From: a virus
DNA length: 64,000 bases
IMG/VR virus record: IMGVR_UViG_3300021093_000062
Coordinates: 4,575-68,574 of that record
Reading direction: 5' to 3' (one strand)
Shown: one piece after another, positions 36,132 through 46,159 of the stretch
How the letters are laid out: each line of letters opens with the position of its first letter
Numbering within the stretch: position 1 is the stretch's first letter
Translations under genes and position numbers: made by a program
Notes under the pieces: generated by a model
Databases searched by the model: none
What the model was told of the DNA's origin: nothing
Seen by the model: only the letters and a program-made list of their open reading frames with translations

Positions 36132-36367
36132 TGTTTTTTAAACGAGAACAAAAACCCCAGACACACAAAAAGCTAGCACGAATTGAAAAAATGGACACCC
36201 CATCCATCATTAATTGGATGGATCTCACGATCATGAATCTTGGTCAAACATTTGACAGCTGGCGGTATAGCGACCTTCCAGAAGAAGAGGTTGCGCAACA
36301 TTTAGATATTATTAATGCTCTCTGGGATGAACTTTTGATTAGAAAAACTAGTTTAAACAATAAATAG
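36125..36367 (+). CDS. Hypothetical protein
   Basis: GGGAG RBS; operon context. Confidence 0.6.
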   Translation: MVMFFKREQKPQTHKKLARIEKMDTPSIINWMDLTIMNLGQTFDSWRYSDLPEEEVAQHLDIINALWDELLIRKTSLNNK

Positions 36368-36396
36368 TGTATTATTGAGCGTACAGGAGACAACTA

Positions 36397-36696
36397 ATGG
36401 TAAATTTAAACAGAAAAACAGACAAGGTAAACCCTCTCCCGAATCGTAAGGCTTTGCTTCGTGGTAACGGGCAAGATCGTAAATACCTGCACGATCTGGT
36501 TAACAGTATTAACCACCTTGGTTATGACTTCGGGGCTGTGTCACCCATAATTTCTGGTGAAATAGAAGATTATGGTTACTTAGTAAGTTTGCCAGATCTA
36601 TTTTACTTGATCGATCGAATTTCTGAGTCTATTGGAATGCCTAAGAAACCGCTGGACATTCCTAGTCAGGGAAGCCTCTTCACAGAGGAAGTATAA
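36397..36696 (+). CDS. Hypothetical protein
   Basis: AGGAG RBS; directly upstream of the terminase. Confidence 0.6.
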   Translation: MVNLNRKTDKVNPLPNRKALLRGNGQDRKYLHDLVNSINHLGYDFGAVSPIISGEIEDYGYLVSLPDLFYLIDRISESIGMPKKPLDIPSQGSLFTEEV

Positions 36697-36702
36697 TTAA
36701 GC

Positions 36703-38262
36703 ATGCAGCAAGTGGCAGAAGAGGGGTCAATACCAGAAGACATTGAAGCTCTTGAGCTTGATGAAACATCTCAAGAGTTTATTGACCAACTTGTTATGAA
36801 ATTAATCTTATTTACAGAAGAATTTTGTAACGTAACTTTCTTCCCGTACCAAATACCGATTGCTTATAGGATGATCGAGTCAATAGTTATTGGAGATGGT
36901 GAAGAAATAACACTAATTGCTACTCGTCAATCAGGTAAATCTGAAGTTCTATCAAATGTCCTTGCGTCTATGATGGTGATTCTTCCAAAATTGTCCAAGG
37001 TCTACCCAACATGGTTGGGTAAGTTTGAAAGGGGGTTTTGGTGTGGAGTGTTCGCGCCCGTTGAGGACCAGGCTGACACGGTGTTCAGTCGTATTGTTAG
37101 TAAACTCACTAGTGACCACGCACTGGATTTTCTCCTTGATCCTGAGATTGACGACAAAGCCACATCCGGAGGATCTAGAGGAAAAGGACGAATAATAAGT
37201 CTTAAGCATTCTGGGTCTTTTTGTCGTATGCAGACCTGTAACCCTAAAGCAAAGATTGAATCTAAAACGTATCACTTTGTTCTAGTAGATGAGGCCCAAG
37301 AGGCTGACGAGTTCATGATAACCAAGTCAATAAAGCCAATGTTGGCGTTCAACAACGGAAGTATTGCGCTTACTGGCACCGCAACCCGTAATAAATCTTA
37401 TTTTTACAAAATGATACAATTCAATAGACGACGGGATGTTAACTCCCGTCGTAACCACCGTCAGTGTCACTTTGAGTACGATTGGAAAACAGCCGCAAAG
37501 TATAATGACAACTATGCAAAATTCATATCTAAAGAAAAAATAAGAATTGGAGAAGATTCGGACGAGTTTCAGATGTCCTACTGCAATAAATGGATTCTTG
37601 AAAAAGGAATGTTTGTTTCAGATGAGCGTCTATCACGCATGTACGACCAGTCAATGGGCCTCGTAAAGCAGTGGTGGAGAACTCCGGTTGTTGTTGGTAT
37701 TGACGTAGCTAGATCAAACGACTCTACTGTAGTGACAGTCTGTTGGGTTGATTGGGATCACCCTGACGGATTTGGGTTCTACGAACACCGAGTCCTAAAC
37801 TGGTTGGAGATTAATAATGAAGAATGGGAATCCCAGTATTTTGAGATTATTGACTTTCTTCGCAATTATAATGTGTACAGAATTGGTGTTGATGCCCAAG
37901 GTGTTGGCGGTGCTGTAGCAGAGAGGTTGCAAATTTTGCTTCCAAAAATTGAGGTCCTTTCTGTCACCTCAGACGCCAAAAACCAAAACGAACGTTGGGT
38001 TCATCTGACTGAACTTATACAACGTGACCAACTCATTATCCCTGGCCACTCAAAAGCACGACGTACACGATCATGGAAACGCTTTAATCAACAAATGTCA
38101 GACCTAGAGAAAGTATACCGAGGGCCCTATTTATTAGCCTCAGCACCAGACGAAAAGGGAGCTTTTGACGACTATCCAGATTCCTTGGCTATCGCATGCG
38201 CCATGTCTGTGGCTGACACCATGCCAATGGTGACCGTATCCGAGAGTCCGTTTTTCAGATAA
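36703..38262 (+). CDS. terL: Terminase large subunit
   Basis: Walker A 'RQSGKS', Walker B 'LVDEAQ', nuclease 'GIDVAR..DST' and 'DDYPDSLA'. Confidence 0.93.
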   Translation: MQQVAEEGSIPEDIEALELDETSQEFIDQLVMKLILFTEEFCNVTFFPYQIPIAYRMIESIVIGDGEEITLIATRQSGKSEVLSNVLASMMVILPKLSKVYPTWLGKFERGFWCGVFAPVEDQADTVFSRIVSKLTSDHALDFLLDPEIDDKATSGGSRGKGRIISLKHSGSFCRMQTCNPKAKIESKTYHFVLVDEAQEADEFMITKSIKPMLAFNNGSIALTGTATRNKSYFYKMIQFNRRRDVNSRRNHRQCHFEYDWKTAAKYNDNYAKFISKEKIRIGEDSDEFQMSYCNKWILEKGMFVSDERLSRMYDQSMGLVKQWWRTPVVVGIDVARSNDSTVVTVCWVDWDHPDGFGFYEHRVLNWLEINNEEWESQYFEIIDFLRNYNVYRIGVDAQGVGGAVAERLQILLPKIEVLSVTSDAKNQNERWVHLTELIQRDQLIIPGHSKARRTRSWKRFNQQMSDLEKVYRGPYLLASAPDEKGAFDDYPDSLAIACAMSVADTMPMVTVSESPFFR

Positions 38263-38321
38263 GAGCATAAAAACGTGGTAATCTAAATATATACACATCC
38301 ATTCCAACAGGAGGATAACCT

Positions 38322-38723
38322 ATGGCTGTAGCCCCCGCCCCAATGTTCCCAGAAAAAGGTGAACCACAATTTGAGAGAGCGCTTGCTCCCAGCATTCCCA
38401 TGAACCGTGGTCCACTCCGCTTTGAGGAAGGCGTAGCAACTGACACCGACGTTCCCATGGACTTTAGCATTGGCGCCTACCAGGACACCGCCCCTTCGCC
38501 AATGCGGGTGAACCATAACAACCCCGAGATGTTTTACAAGTACCCTGAGGAGACCATGCGTGAGCGTGCCCACGTTGGCTCAGCTACCTGGATTGAAGCC
38601 CCTGACCACCTCCAAGAGTTCGTTATGGGTTCAATGGCAGGCGACGGCATGCCTCAGTTTGAGTACTCCTATAACACAGGTGGGCACATGAATCTGCCCA
38701 ACAAGACGGTTGTTTCTGGCTGA
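38322..38723 (+). CDS. Hypothetical protein of the head module (possibly structural)
   Basis: GGAGG RBS; GC3-rich codons like the capsid gene; 'GPLRFEEGVATDTDVP'. Confidence 0.65.
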   Translation: MAVAPAPMFPEKGEPQFERALAPSIPMNRGPLRFEEGVATDTDVPMDFSIGAYQDTAPSPMRVNHNNPEMFYKYPEETMRERAHVGSATWIEAPDHLQEFVMGSMAGDGMPQFEYSYNTGGHMNLPNKTVVSG

Positions 38724-38761
38724 GATCTGATACAGTAGTGCTCCACCAAAAAGGAGCACTT

Positions 38762-38923
38762 ATGAATATCCTGCAGATTGCAGCAGCACTCAAATACCTT
38801 CAGCGCGTAACAGCTCGTGGAGTTGAGGAAGAGCAGGAACTCTACGCACTAATACAATCACTTTCAAATGCGTTGCCTAACGCAAAACCTGTGTATACTA
38901 CGAGTGGCACAACTGCCGCATAA
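38762..38923 (+). CDS. Small hypothetical protein
   Basis: AAGGAG RBS. Confidence 0.55.
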   Translation: MNILQIAAALKYLQRVTARGVEEEQELYALIQSLSNALPNAKPVYTTSGTTAA

Positions 38924-38962
38924 CCACACTCTCAAGCAGAGTGGTATCACAAGGAGTATTAG

Positions 38963-39238
38963 ATGTCAGATTCCAACGGTCTTATCAAAGACTTAATGGA
39001 GCGTCATACGGGCTCTATGAAACAAAAGTGCTCGTACACGCGCATCAAAGAAAACCTTCCAGCTGATGAAGCTGAGGCTGTAGAAAACGCAGAAAAGGCA
39101 ATAAAAACGGACTCCGGTAATGGTAGAGCAAAGATTTACTCTTGCACTTGGTTGTCTGAAATTCTAACCAAGAATGGTTACCCAGTTAGCTCAAGCACAA
39201 TTTCTCGTCATATGAACGGGCGGTGTGGCTGTGAGTAA
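38963..39238 (+). CDS. Small HTH/Zn-type protein upstream of the phosphoesterase
   Basis: 'LSEIL..NGYPVS.STISRH..G.CGC'. Confidence 0.55.
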   Translation: MSDSNGLIKDLMERHTGSMKQKCSYTRIKENLPADEAEAVENAEKAIKTDSGNGRAKIYSCTWLSEILTKNGYPVSSSTISRHMNGRCGCE

Positions 39239-40211
39239 CCTTATTAAAGCGTTGACCGTTGCACCTGAATGGCCTGTGGTACAGCCAGGGCCCTCTGTAC
39301 GAATGCCAAAACTAACGGCAAAAGCATCATCTAACAAAGATGGGTATGAAACCTGTGTGGTTCTACCGGACATGCAAATTGGTTATTTTAGAGCTCGTTC
39401 TGGTGAGCTAGAGCCAACACATGACGAAAAAGCAATTGATATTGCGTTTTCGATAGTTAAGAATCTAAACCCAAATCTTGTGGTTTTGGTAGGAGATAAT
39501 TTGGATTTTCCTGAATTTGGAAAGTACAGATTAAGCAGCGCGTATGCATTGACTACACAGGCGTCCATAGACCGGGCTACAGTACTTTGTGCTCAATTAC
39601 GCACGGCTGCTCCAAACGCTAAAATAGTTTGGTTAGCTGGAAACCACGAAGAAAGATTGGTGAACTTTGTCCTCGACAACGCAAAAGCAGCGTTCGGCAT
39701 CAAGCGTGGGAACACCCCTGACTCTTGGCCTGTTCTGTCTATCCCTTATCTCTGCCGTTTCGATGATTATGGGGTGGATTATGTACCGGGCTATCCGGCG
39801 GGACAATTTTGGATCAACCAAAAACTTCGAGTCATCCACGGCACAAAAGTACGAAGTAACGGGTCTACAGCGCATGCCTACCTCAACACCGAAAAATCCT
39901 CTGTACTTTATGGGCACATCCACCGCCGCGAGTGGGCGGAGCGTTCACGTGACGACTTTGATGGACCCAAAACGATCATGGCCGCATCACCAGGTACGTT
40001 GGCCAGATGCGACGGTACGGTACCTTCCACCAAAGGGTCAATAGACTTGGACGGACGGCCAATGACGATTGTTGAGGACTGGCAGCAGGGCATTGGTGTT
40101 GTGACTTACCAACCCGGTGAGGGAAACTTTTTCTACGAGCAAATACCGTTTCATAACGGAACAGCATTTTTTAGAGGAAAGTTTTACAATGCACAAAACC
40201 AAAAAGTCTAA
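39225..40211 (+). CDS. Calcineurin-like metallophosphoesterase
   Basis: 'PDMQ', 'GDNLD', 'GNHE', 'IHG', 'GHIH'. Confidence 0.88.
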   Translation: MAVSNLIKALTVAPEWPVVQPGPSVRMPKLTAKASSNKDGYETCVVLPDMQIGYFRARSGELEPTHDEKAIDIAFSIVKNLNPNLVVLVGDNLDFPEFGKYRLSSAYALTTQASIDRATVLCAQLRTAAPNAKIVWLAGNHEERLVNFVLDNAKAAFGIKRGNTPDSWPVLSIPYLCRFDDYGVDYVPGYPAGQFWINQKLRVIHGTKVRSNGSTAHAYLNTEKSSVLYGHIHRREWAERSRDDFDGPKTIMAASPGTLARCDGTVPSTKGSIDLDGRPMTIVEDWQQGIGVVTYQPGEGNFFYEQIPFHNGTAFFRGKFYNAQNQKV

Positions 40212-40548
40212 AAAATCTAAAAAACCAGCTATTCCAAAGCTTGTTTTAATTACATGGCTTGACGCCTTTGATGGCCCTACTGGGTGGGTGGACCCCGCAG
40301 AGTACAAGCCCCACCCAGTTCGCCCAATCTCAGTTGGTTGGGTAGTAGAAGATTTTTTAAAAGACCACATTACGTTAATTGGCACATGGTTAGCAGACCG
40401 TAACGAGTTAGGTAACAAGACTTATTACAGCAATCCTGCTCATATCCCGTTAGGGATGATACAATCAATAACATACATTGACGTTCCGAGTTCTATAGAA
40501 CAACTAATCATTAATGATTTAAACACCAGGGGATTTAATGCCGATTGA
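40189..40548 (+). CDS. Hypothetical protein
   Basis: 'LITWLDA...GW...SVGW...IPLGMI' pattern. Confidence 0.65.
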   Translation: MHKTKKSKKSKKPAIPKLVLITWLDAFDGPTGWVDPAEYKPHPVRPISVGWVVEDFLKDHITLIGTWLADRNELGNKTYYSNPAHIPLGMIQSITYIDVPSSIEQLIINDLNTRGFNAD

Positions 40549-42232
40549 TTTCTGGTCACCAAGTTACAGAGCTTCTTCTAGTGATTTAACTGTTGCAATA
40601 TCCCCGCTGGGTCTAGTTGAACTTGCTGATGAAGAGTTTGAAGTGCATGGACCTAGGCTAAACCGCTATAGCGCATGTTGGGCATGGTACCTTGGTCACC
40701 ACTGGTCGTATCGTCGTGAGCAGGGCGAACAGAACATCACACTAAATTACGCTAGAACTTTTGCCGATTACATTACAAACTTTTGTTTTGGTAAGGGCGT
40801 ACAATGGAAAGTTCCAGAACAGAACGCTGCAATTATCCCTCACCTACTACACAAAGTTTGGGAAGTAGACAACTCTAAGCACAACGTTTTATGGGAAATG
40901 GGGCAGCTTGCCGGAGTAACAGGGGACTGCTTTGTCAAAGTTGCTTACGAAGACCCATTTATTGACCCTCTAGGTATCACGGTTGAGGGGCGAATCAGAG
41001 TAATACCATTAAACCCCGCTCACTGCTTCCCTGAATACCACCCACATGATCGTGATCGTCTTCTGAGATTTAAGCTCAAATACCGATTCTGGGGGACTTC
41101 ACCAGAAGGTACACGGCAGGTATACACATTTACTGAAATCCTTACTGATGACAGTATCGAACAATATATCAATGATGAACTAGTGGATCAGTACCCTAAC
41201 CCGATTGGCCGTGTGCCAGTAGTGCATATTCCAAATATAACTATCACGTCGTCACCTTGGGGTCAATCTGACATTTGGGACATAATCCCACTTAACCGCG
41301 AACTAAACGAAAAGATGACCGAAATATCGGACATAATTAACTATCATGCTGCTCCCGTGACAATCATCATTGGTGCTAAGGCAAGCCAGCTAGAGCGTGG
41401 ACCAAAGAAGGTTTGGGCTGGGTTGCCAAAGGATGCGTCAGTTACAAACCTAGAGTCACGTGGTGACATGGCTGGAGCTCTTCAATACATTCAGTTCCTA
41501 AAGCGTGTTATGCACGAAATAACTGGAGTACCGGAGACCGCACTTGGCCAGTTCCAACCAGTGTCTAACACTTCTGGTGTAGCTTTGTCAATTCAATATC
41601 AGCCGTTGATGAATCGCTACAACATGAAGAGAATACATTTTACAAAAGGTCTGGAAAAGATTAACGAAATAATCATCCGAACTGCTGCAATTTTCCAACC
41701 TGAGCTTCTTATTTACGACCCCTCTAAGGCCGAAGCGCCGGAGGGTGATCAATTGCCACAACTTGACCCAGCCGACCCTTTGACCTACAAAACTCAAGTA
41801 CACTGGCCAGAACCACTCCCAGTTGATGTTCTTATTAAACTTAACGAAGCTCAGGCAAAGATGGCGATGGGGCTTGAGTCCAAAGAAGGCGCTATGCGTA
41901 TGTTGGGTGAAGAGTTCCCACGTGAAAAACTTGCTGAGATATTTGAAGAATTGCGAGATGATGCTGTTGATCAAGGAGCGCTTGACATGCTTCGCGCACA
42001 GATCAACCAAGCGGTCATGCTCGCCACAGGCTTGCTACCCGGCCCCGAAGGTACCAGCACGGTACCCGCTGGAGGTGCTAATGTAACAAGTGCAGGTTCT
42101 CCTGCCCAACCTGGAGGCCCCTTACCGGGAACCCAGGCGACAGGCGGTCCTGTAGAAGGAATGGTAAACAATATAGTTGCAAAGGCATACGGAGCTAGGT
42201 TTGCCCAGCGCCGTGTTCCTGACGAAGAATAA
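40538..42232 (+). CDS. Portal protein (SPP1 gp6-like)
   Basis: Size and position after terL; 'PNPIGRVPVVHIPN', 'WGQSD', 'SNTSGVAL'. Confidence 0.88.
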   Translation: MPIDFWSPSYRASSSDLTVAISPLGLVELADEEFEVHGPRLNRYSACWAWYLGHHWSYRREQGEQNITLNYARTFADYITNFCFGKGVQWKVPEQNAAIIPHLLHKVWEVDNSKHNVLWEMGQLAGVTGDCFVKVAYEDPFIDPLGITVEGRIRVIPLNPAHCFPEYHPHDRDRLLRFKLKYRFWGTSPEGTRQVYTFTEILTDDSIEQYINDELVDQYPNPIGRVPVVHIPNITITSSPWGQSDIWDIIPLNRELNEKMTEISDIINYHAAPVTIIIGAKASQLERGPKKVWAGLPKDASVTNLESRGDMAGALQYIQFLKRVMHEITGVPETALGQFQPVSNTSGVALSIQYQPLMNRYNMKRIHFTKGLEKINEIIIRTAAIFQPELLIYDPSKAEAPEGDQLPQLDPADPLTYKTQVHWPEPLPVDVLIKLNEAQAKMAMGLESKEGAMRMLGEEFPREKLAEIFEELRDDAVDQGALDMLRAQINQAVMLATGLLPGPEGTSTVPAGGANVTSAGSPAQPGGPLPGTQATGGPVEGMVNNIVAKAYGARFAQRRVPDEE

Positions 42233-42282
42233 ATAGTTGTTTTAAATCAGTCATTATCAGCTCAACTAAAAGAGGTTAACTT

Positions 42283-43056
42283 ATGTCAAAATTTGAAGAT
42301 GGTATTCAGGTTCCCGTAGATCAGGAAGAAACTCCGGCTCCAAAGGTTCAGGAAGAAAAGTACTTCTCTGAAGAGGACATCCAAAAGGTGCGCCAACAGG
42401 AGAAGGAGAAGATGTACAAACGTCTAGAAGACGCTGATCATCGCGTCAAGGCACTGGAAGAAAAGCTAAACATTATTAGTAGCGAACGTGAAACGGCAAT
42501 TAAAGAAGCCTCAGATCGCGCTAAAAAAGAAGCTGAACTCCTTCGTCAACGTGAGATTGAAGAGCTAAGCGCCAAGGAACTCCTCTTAAAGAAGGAGGAT
42601 GAATGGAGCCAGCGAATCAACCAGGTTGAGCACGAATGGGGCCAGAAGTTTGCCGAACTTGAGAAACAGCGGCAGGCCCAGGATGCCATCCTTGAAAAGG
42701 AGCGCTATCTCCAGCAACTAGAGGCTTATCGCCAGAGACGTATCCAGGCGGAGTCAGAAACCATAATTCCAGAGCTGCGCGATCTTATTTCAGGTAATAC
42801 TGAAGAAGAGATTGAACACAGTATTACCGTACTTCGTGATAGAAGTACTGCTATAATTGAATCAATCCAGCAGGCGAGTCCCCCTCGCTTGAAGGGGGCT
42901 CCGGTAACGGCTCCTCCGTCTGGGCCACTGGACAACCAAATGGAATATCAAACGGTTAGCGCGGAGGATATCCGCAACATGCCGATGGATCAATATGTAA
43001 AAATGCGTGAAAAGTTACTGTCAGCAACACGGTCTCAGCAACGGGGCCGCTACTAA
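42283..43056 (+). CDS. Capsid scaffolding protein
   Basis: Charged coiled coil between portal and capsid genes; C-terminal 'IRNM.M.QY.K.REKLL'. Confidence 0.8.
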   Translation: MSKFEDGIQVPVDQEETPAPKVQEEKYFSEEDIQKVRQQEKEKMYKRLEDADHRVKALEEKLNIISSERETAIKEASDRAKKEAELLRQREIEELSAKELLLKKEDEWSQRINQVEHEWGQKFAELEKQRQAQDAILEKERYLQQLEAYRQRRIQAESETIIPELRDLISGNTEEEIEHSITVLRDRSTAIIESIQQASPPRLKGAPVTAPPSGPLDNQMEYQTVSAEDIRNMPMDQYVKMREKLLSATRSQQRGRY

Positions 43057-43091
43057 ACCCAAACTAACCACATCCATCGGAGGATATTAAT

Positions 43092-44198
43092 ATGGCATTA
43101 CCCGCACCCGCAGGTGGAGCAATTACAGGTACAGCTACCGGTTCAGTGACCGGTTATACTGACGGTAGTTCCGCTCTATCTCCCGCAATCCAGCAAATTT
43201 GGTCAAAGGAAATCCTTTTCCAGGCCATGCCCGTACTTCGGTTTGAACAGTTCGCTGTTAAGAAGACCGAACTCGGTGTCATGCCCGGTTTGACCATCAA
43301 CTTTATGCGTTACAACAACCTGTCAGTTGATGAGTCAGCAGGAGCAACCCTTAGCGAAGGTACCCGTATGGAGCCCGTCGCTTTGTCCGCAAGCCAGATT
43401 CAGATCACCGTTACCGAACATGGTAAGGCTGTCGCCGTCACCGAGCTGCTTCTCAATGCAGCTTTTGATGACGTTATGGCATCAGCTTCGCGCCTACTTG
43501 GTCGCCACATGGCTCAGAGCATGGACATCCAGGCTCGCAACACCCTCTACAAGAACGGTGTACCGTTCGGTGGTGGAGCAGCTGTACCTCCAAGCGTTGT
43601 GTTTGGTCGTACCGCTGTTGCAGCCCGTGGCTCAATCAGCCCCTACGACGGCGGTGACGTTGGTACCGCTTCTGCCCCCGGTTTCCTCAGCCCCGCGTCC
43701 ATCAAGGACGCAGTTGAGGTTCTCGCCGGCCAGAACATCCCCCGTTTGGGCGACACTTATGTCTGCTTCGTACACCCAAGTCAGAGCCGCTCACTCCGTG
43801 ACTGGCCTGAGTTCATCGAAGTCACCAAGTACGCTGCCCCCGGCAACTTCATGCTTGGTGAAATCGGTCGTCTGTACGACGTAGTTTTCATTGAAACCAC
43901 TCAGGTTAAGAAGGGTCTGGATGCCACTGCTGCTACCTCCCCTCTGTTCGGATTGGGATCAACTTTAGACACCAGCGCTAGCGCTGGCTTCCAGGAAAAC
44001 CCCAACTCTTTTAACGCCATTATGATCGGTGACAACGCTTTCGGTCACGCAATCAGCCTCCCGGTTGAGCTTCGTGACGGTGGTGTCATTGACTTCGGTC
44101 GTGAGCATGGTCTTGCCTGGTACGCCATTTGGGGATTCGGTGTAATCACCCACGAAAGCCGAGTAATTCTAAACACATTCGGTGGCGCAATTTCCTGA
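43092..44198 (+). CDS. Major capsid protein (N4-gp56-like)
   Basis: 'FEQFAVKKTELG', 'HPSQ', 'GEIGRLYDVVFIET', 'DFGREH.LAWY'; biased codon usage. Confidence 0.9.
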   Translation: MALPAPAGGAITGTATGSVTGYTDGSSALSPAIQQIWSKEILFQAMPVLRFEQFAVKKTELGVMPGLTINFMRYNNLSVDESAGATLSEGTRMEPVALSASQIQITVTEHGKAVAVTELLLNAAFDDVMASASRLLGRHMAQSMDIQARNTLYKNGVPFGGGAAVPPSVVFGRTAVAARGSISPYDGGDVGTASAPGFLSPASIKDAVEVLAGQNIPRLGDTYVCFVHPSQSRSLRDWPEFIEVTKYAAPGNFMLGEIGRLYDVVFIETTQVKKGLDATAATSPLFGLGSTLDTSASAGFQENPNSFNAIMIGDNAFGHAISLPVELRDGGVIDFGREHGLAWYAIWGFGVITHESRVILNTFGGAIS

Positions 44199-44220
44199 AC
44201 CTAGCGTTCAGATGCTGTAG

Positions 44221-44248
44221 TATGGTGGGGGATAATTCCCCCACCATA
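44221..44248 (+). terminator. Hairpin downstream of the capsid gene
   Basis: TATGGTGGGGGA-TAAT-TCCCCCACCATA. Confidence 0.6.
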
Positions 44249-44282
44249 TTGCTGTATATGGTAAAACCAAAAGGAGAACACA

Positions 44283-44534
44283 ATGCCTCGTAAAATTACA
44301 ACCACAACAAATTGGGCAGAACCTGCTGAAGAGCAGGACGAAGTAGTAATTGAAGAGCCCGTTACCGTTTCTAGCACGGACGGAGATTTCGTTAAGGCCC
44401 GAGTAAAGGGAACATGGCTCATGATTTGGGGACTAACAAAATTTGACTTTAAGGACGGCAAAACCTACAAGCTTCCAAAAGATCTGTTTAACTACCTTCG
44501 TGCAAACGGAAACATTTACGACACTATGGCTTGA
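44283..44534 (+). CDS. Small head-module protein
   Basis: AAGGAG RBS; follows the capsid gene. Confidence 0.65.
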   Translation: MPRKITTTTNWAEPAEEQDEVVIEEPVTVSSTDGDFVKARVKGTWLMIWGLTKFDFKDGKTYKLPKDLFNYLRANGNIYDTMA

Positions 44535-44541
44535 GGTGTAA

Positions 44542-45993
44542 ATGCCTTACATAATCCCTAACGCAACTGATGTTGACGGTAATAAATTTATTGCCCTTGA
44601 TCAAGCGGAACCAGACTCACTTGATTTTGAAATTTTGGGTGATAGGTCGACTGGTGTATTGTCTGGGTGTGCAGTAACTGCCTCAACGTCATCTGGGTTC
44701 CTTGCCATCGCTAGTGGTTTTGTAGCCCTTAGAGGAGTAGTATACGAAGTTTTTGGTGATGCTAGTAAACCACTAAACACTGGCCCATCATCTGGGTATA
44801 GATTTGATGCTGTTGTTGTTAGATGCACACCCTCAGCAAACACAGCATCTATCACTATTATTGACGGTGTACAAAATGTTACAAACCCAACGTACCCCAA
44901 GTCAGCAGCCCGTTTGGTAACTACTGATGGAATTAACACAGCTACGTACATAACAGAAAATGACGTTGTTTTGGCTATGGTGTTCCGTCAAGGAACAACA
45001 TCCCCGTCAAATGCCAACATTGTTGACAAACGTGTAAACGTCCCATCTACCACAAGCCTCCGTGGAAACGTGGTGCCATCAAACGGCATTGGTTTGGATG
45101 GTGATTTTTACTATAAAAACTCTGTTGGCACTAGCTCATCAGGTGTGTACGTTAAGCGTGATGGGGCATGGATTGAGCTTCTTTTAAGTGATGACTCGGG
45201 TTCAGTAACACCTATTGGGTCAATCATTATGTGGCCAAGTAACGTCGCTAGCCCTAACCCTGCTAATAAAACGTTTTGGCTAGAGTGTAACGGTCAGTCG
45301 GTCTCAAAAGAGTCGTATGCTGAGTTGCACAATCTTTTAGGCGACACTTACGGACCTCAAACAGCTACCCAATTTAGCCTTCCAAACCTGTACTCTGAGA
45401 CATCAAAATTTGTTACTGGTAACTCTACGGCGGGAGCCATTAGTGGAAGTTCAACAATAACCATCGGTTCGGGCAACTTGCCCAGCCACACTCACAGTCT
45501 TGGGTCGCACACCCACACAATTGGTGATCACACGCACAATATTGCCCATGGTCATGGTTCTGGCACCACTGTCAATGGTGGGCAACACAGCCACCAACCC
45601 TTGGGTGGTCAAGACGAAACGCCGTCAGAAGGTATTGGGTTTGTTACTAGGCTTGGACAAGCAATTGCTGGAGTTCTATACCCTGGAACTACCGGGTGGT
45701 TAAAGGGTTATGTAGTACCTGGGTCAGCTACCGCTGATTTAGTTGCAGATGGGCTAACAGGAATTGTTGGTCAAGGAATGCAGGTACACTACACTCTCAA
45801 CACCACTGAGCACTCCGGGCACACCCATGTGTTTGCCACTCCTACCCACTCAGGAACAAGTGGTTCCGTTGTAAACCAATTATCTTCAACTGGTGGGCCG
45901 TCAGACGCAAACACAGGAACAACTGGTGCTTCAACCCCAATAACCCATTTGCCACCAAATATCAGTATGCGCTGGTTTATAAGAGCAAAATGA
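44542..45993 (+). CDS. Fibre protein with collar domain and His-rich tip
   Basis: 'PIGSIIMW...WLECNGQ.VS...Y..L...F.LPN', 'NLPSHTH', 'PPNISMRWFIRAK'. Confidence 0.8.
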   Translation: MPYIIPNATDVDGNKFIALDQAEPDSLDFEILGDRSTGVLSGCAVTASTSSGFLAIASGFVALRGVVYEVFGDASKPLNTGPSSGYRFDAVVVRCTPSANTASITIIDGVQNVTNPTYPKSAARLVTTDGINTATYITENDVVLAMVFRQGTTSPSNANIVDKRVNVPSTTSLRGNVVPSNGIGLDGDFYYKNSVGTSSSGVYVKRDGAWIELLLSDDSGSVTPIGSIIMWPSNVASPNPANKTFWLECNGQSVSKESYAELHNLLGDTYGPQTATQFSLPNLYSETSKFVTGNSTAGAISGSSTITIGSGNLPSHTHSLGSHTHTIGDHTHNIAHGHGSGTTVNGGQHSHQPLGGQDETPSEGIGFVTRLGQAIAGVLYPGTTGWLKGYVVPGSATADLVADGLTGIVGQGMQVHYTLNTTEHSGHTHVFATPTHSGTSGSVVNQLSSTGGPSDANTGTTGASTPITHLPPNISMRWFIRAK

Positions 45994-46145
45994 CAGAAAA
46001 ACTGCCTAAGCCATCTGGCACTGCCGACCAGATTAAGTTAAGGAAGGTAACCGCTGTTCCGTCTATGCGTGTAGAGCAGCCTGCGTTAAACCAACCTATA
46101 CAAAAAACCGTCCCAGGCAAGGACTCGGCAGACACTCCGTCATAA
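45990..46145 (+). CDS. Small hypothetical protein (not in ORF track)
   Basis: ATGA overlap with the fibre stop; 51 aa. Confidence 0.45.
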   Translation: MTEKLPKPSGTADQIKLRKVTAVPSMRVEQPALNQPIQKTVPGKDSADTPS

Positions 46146-46159
46146 GGTAAACTTATACC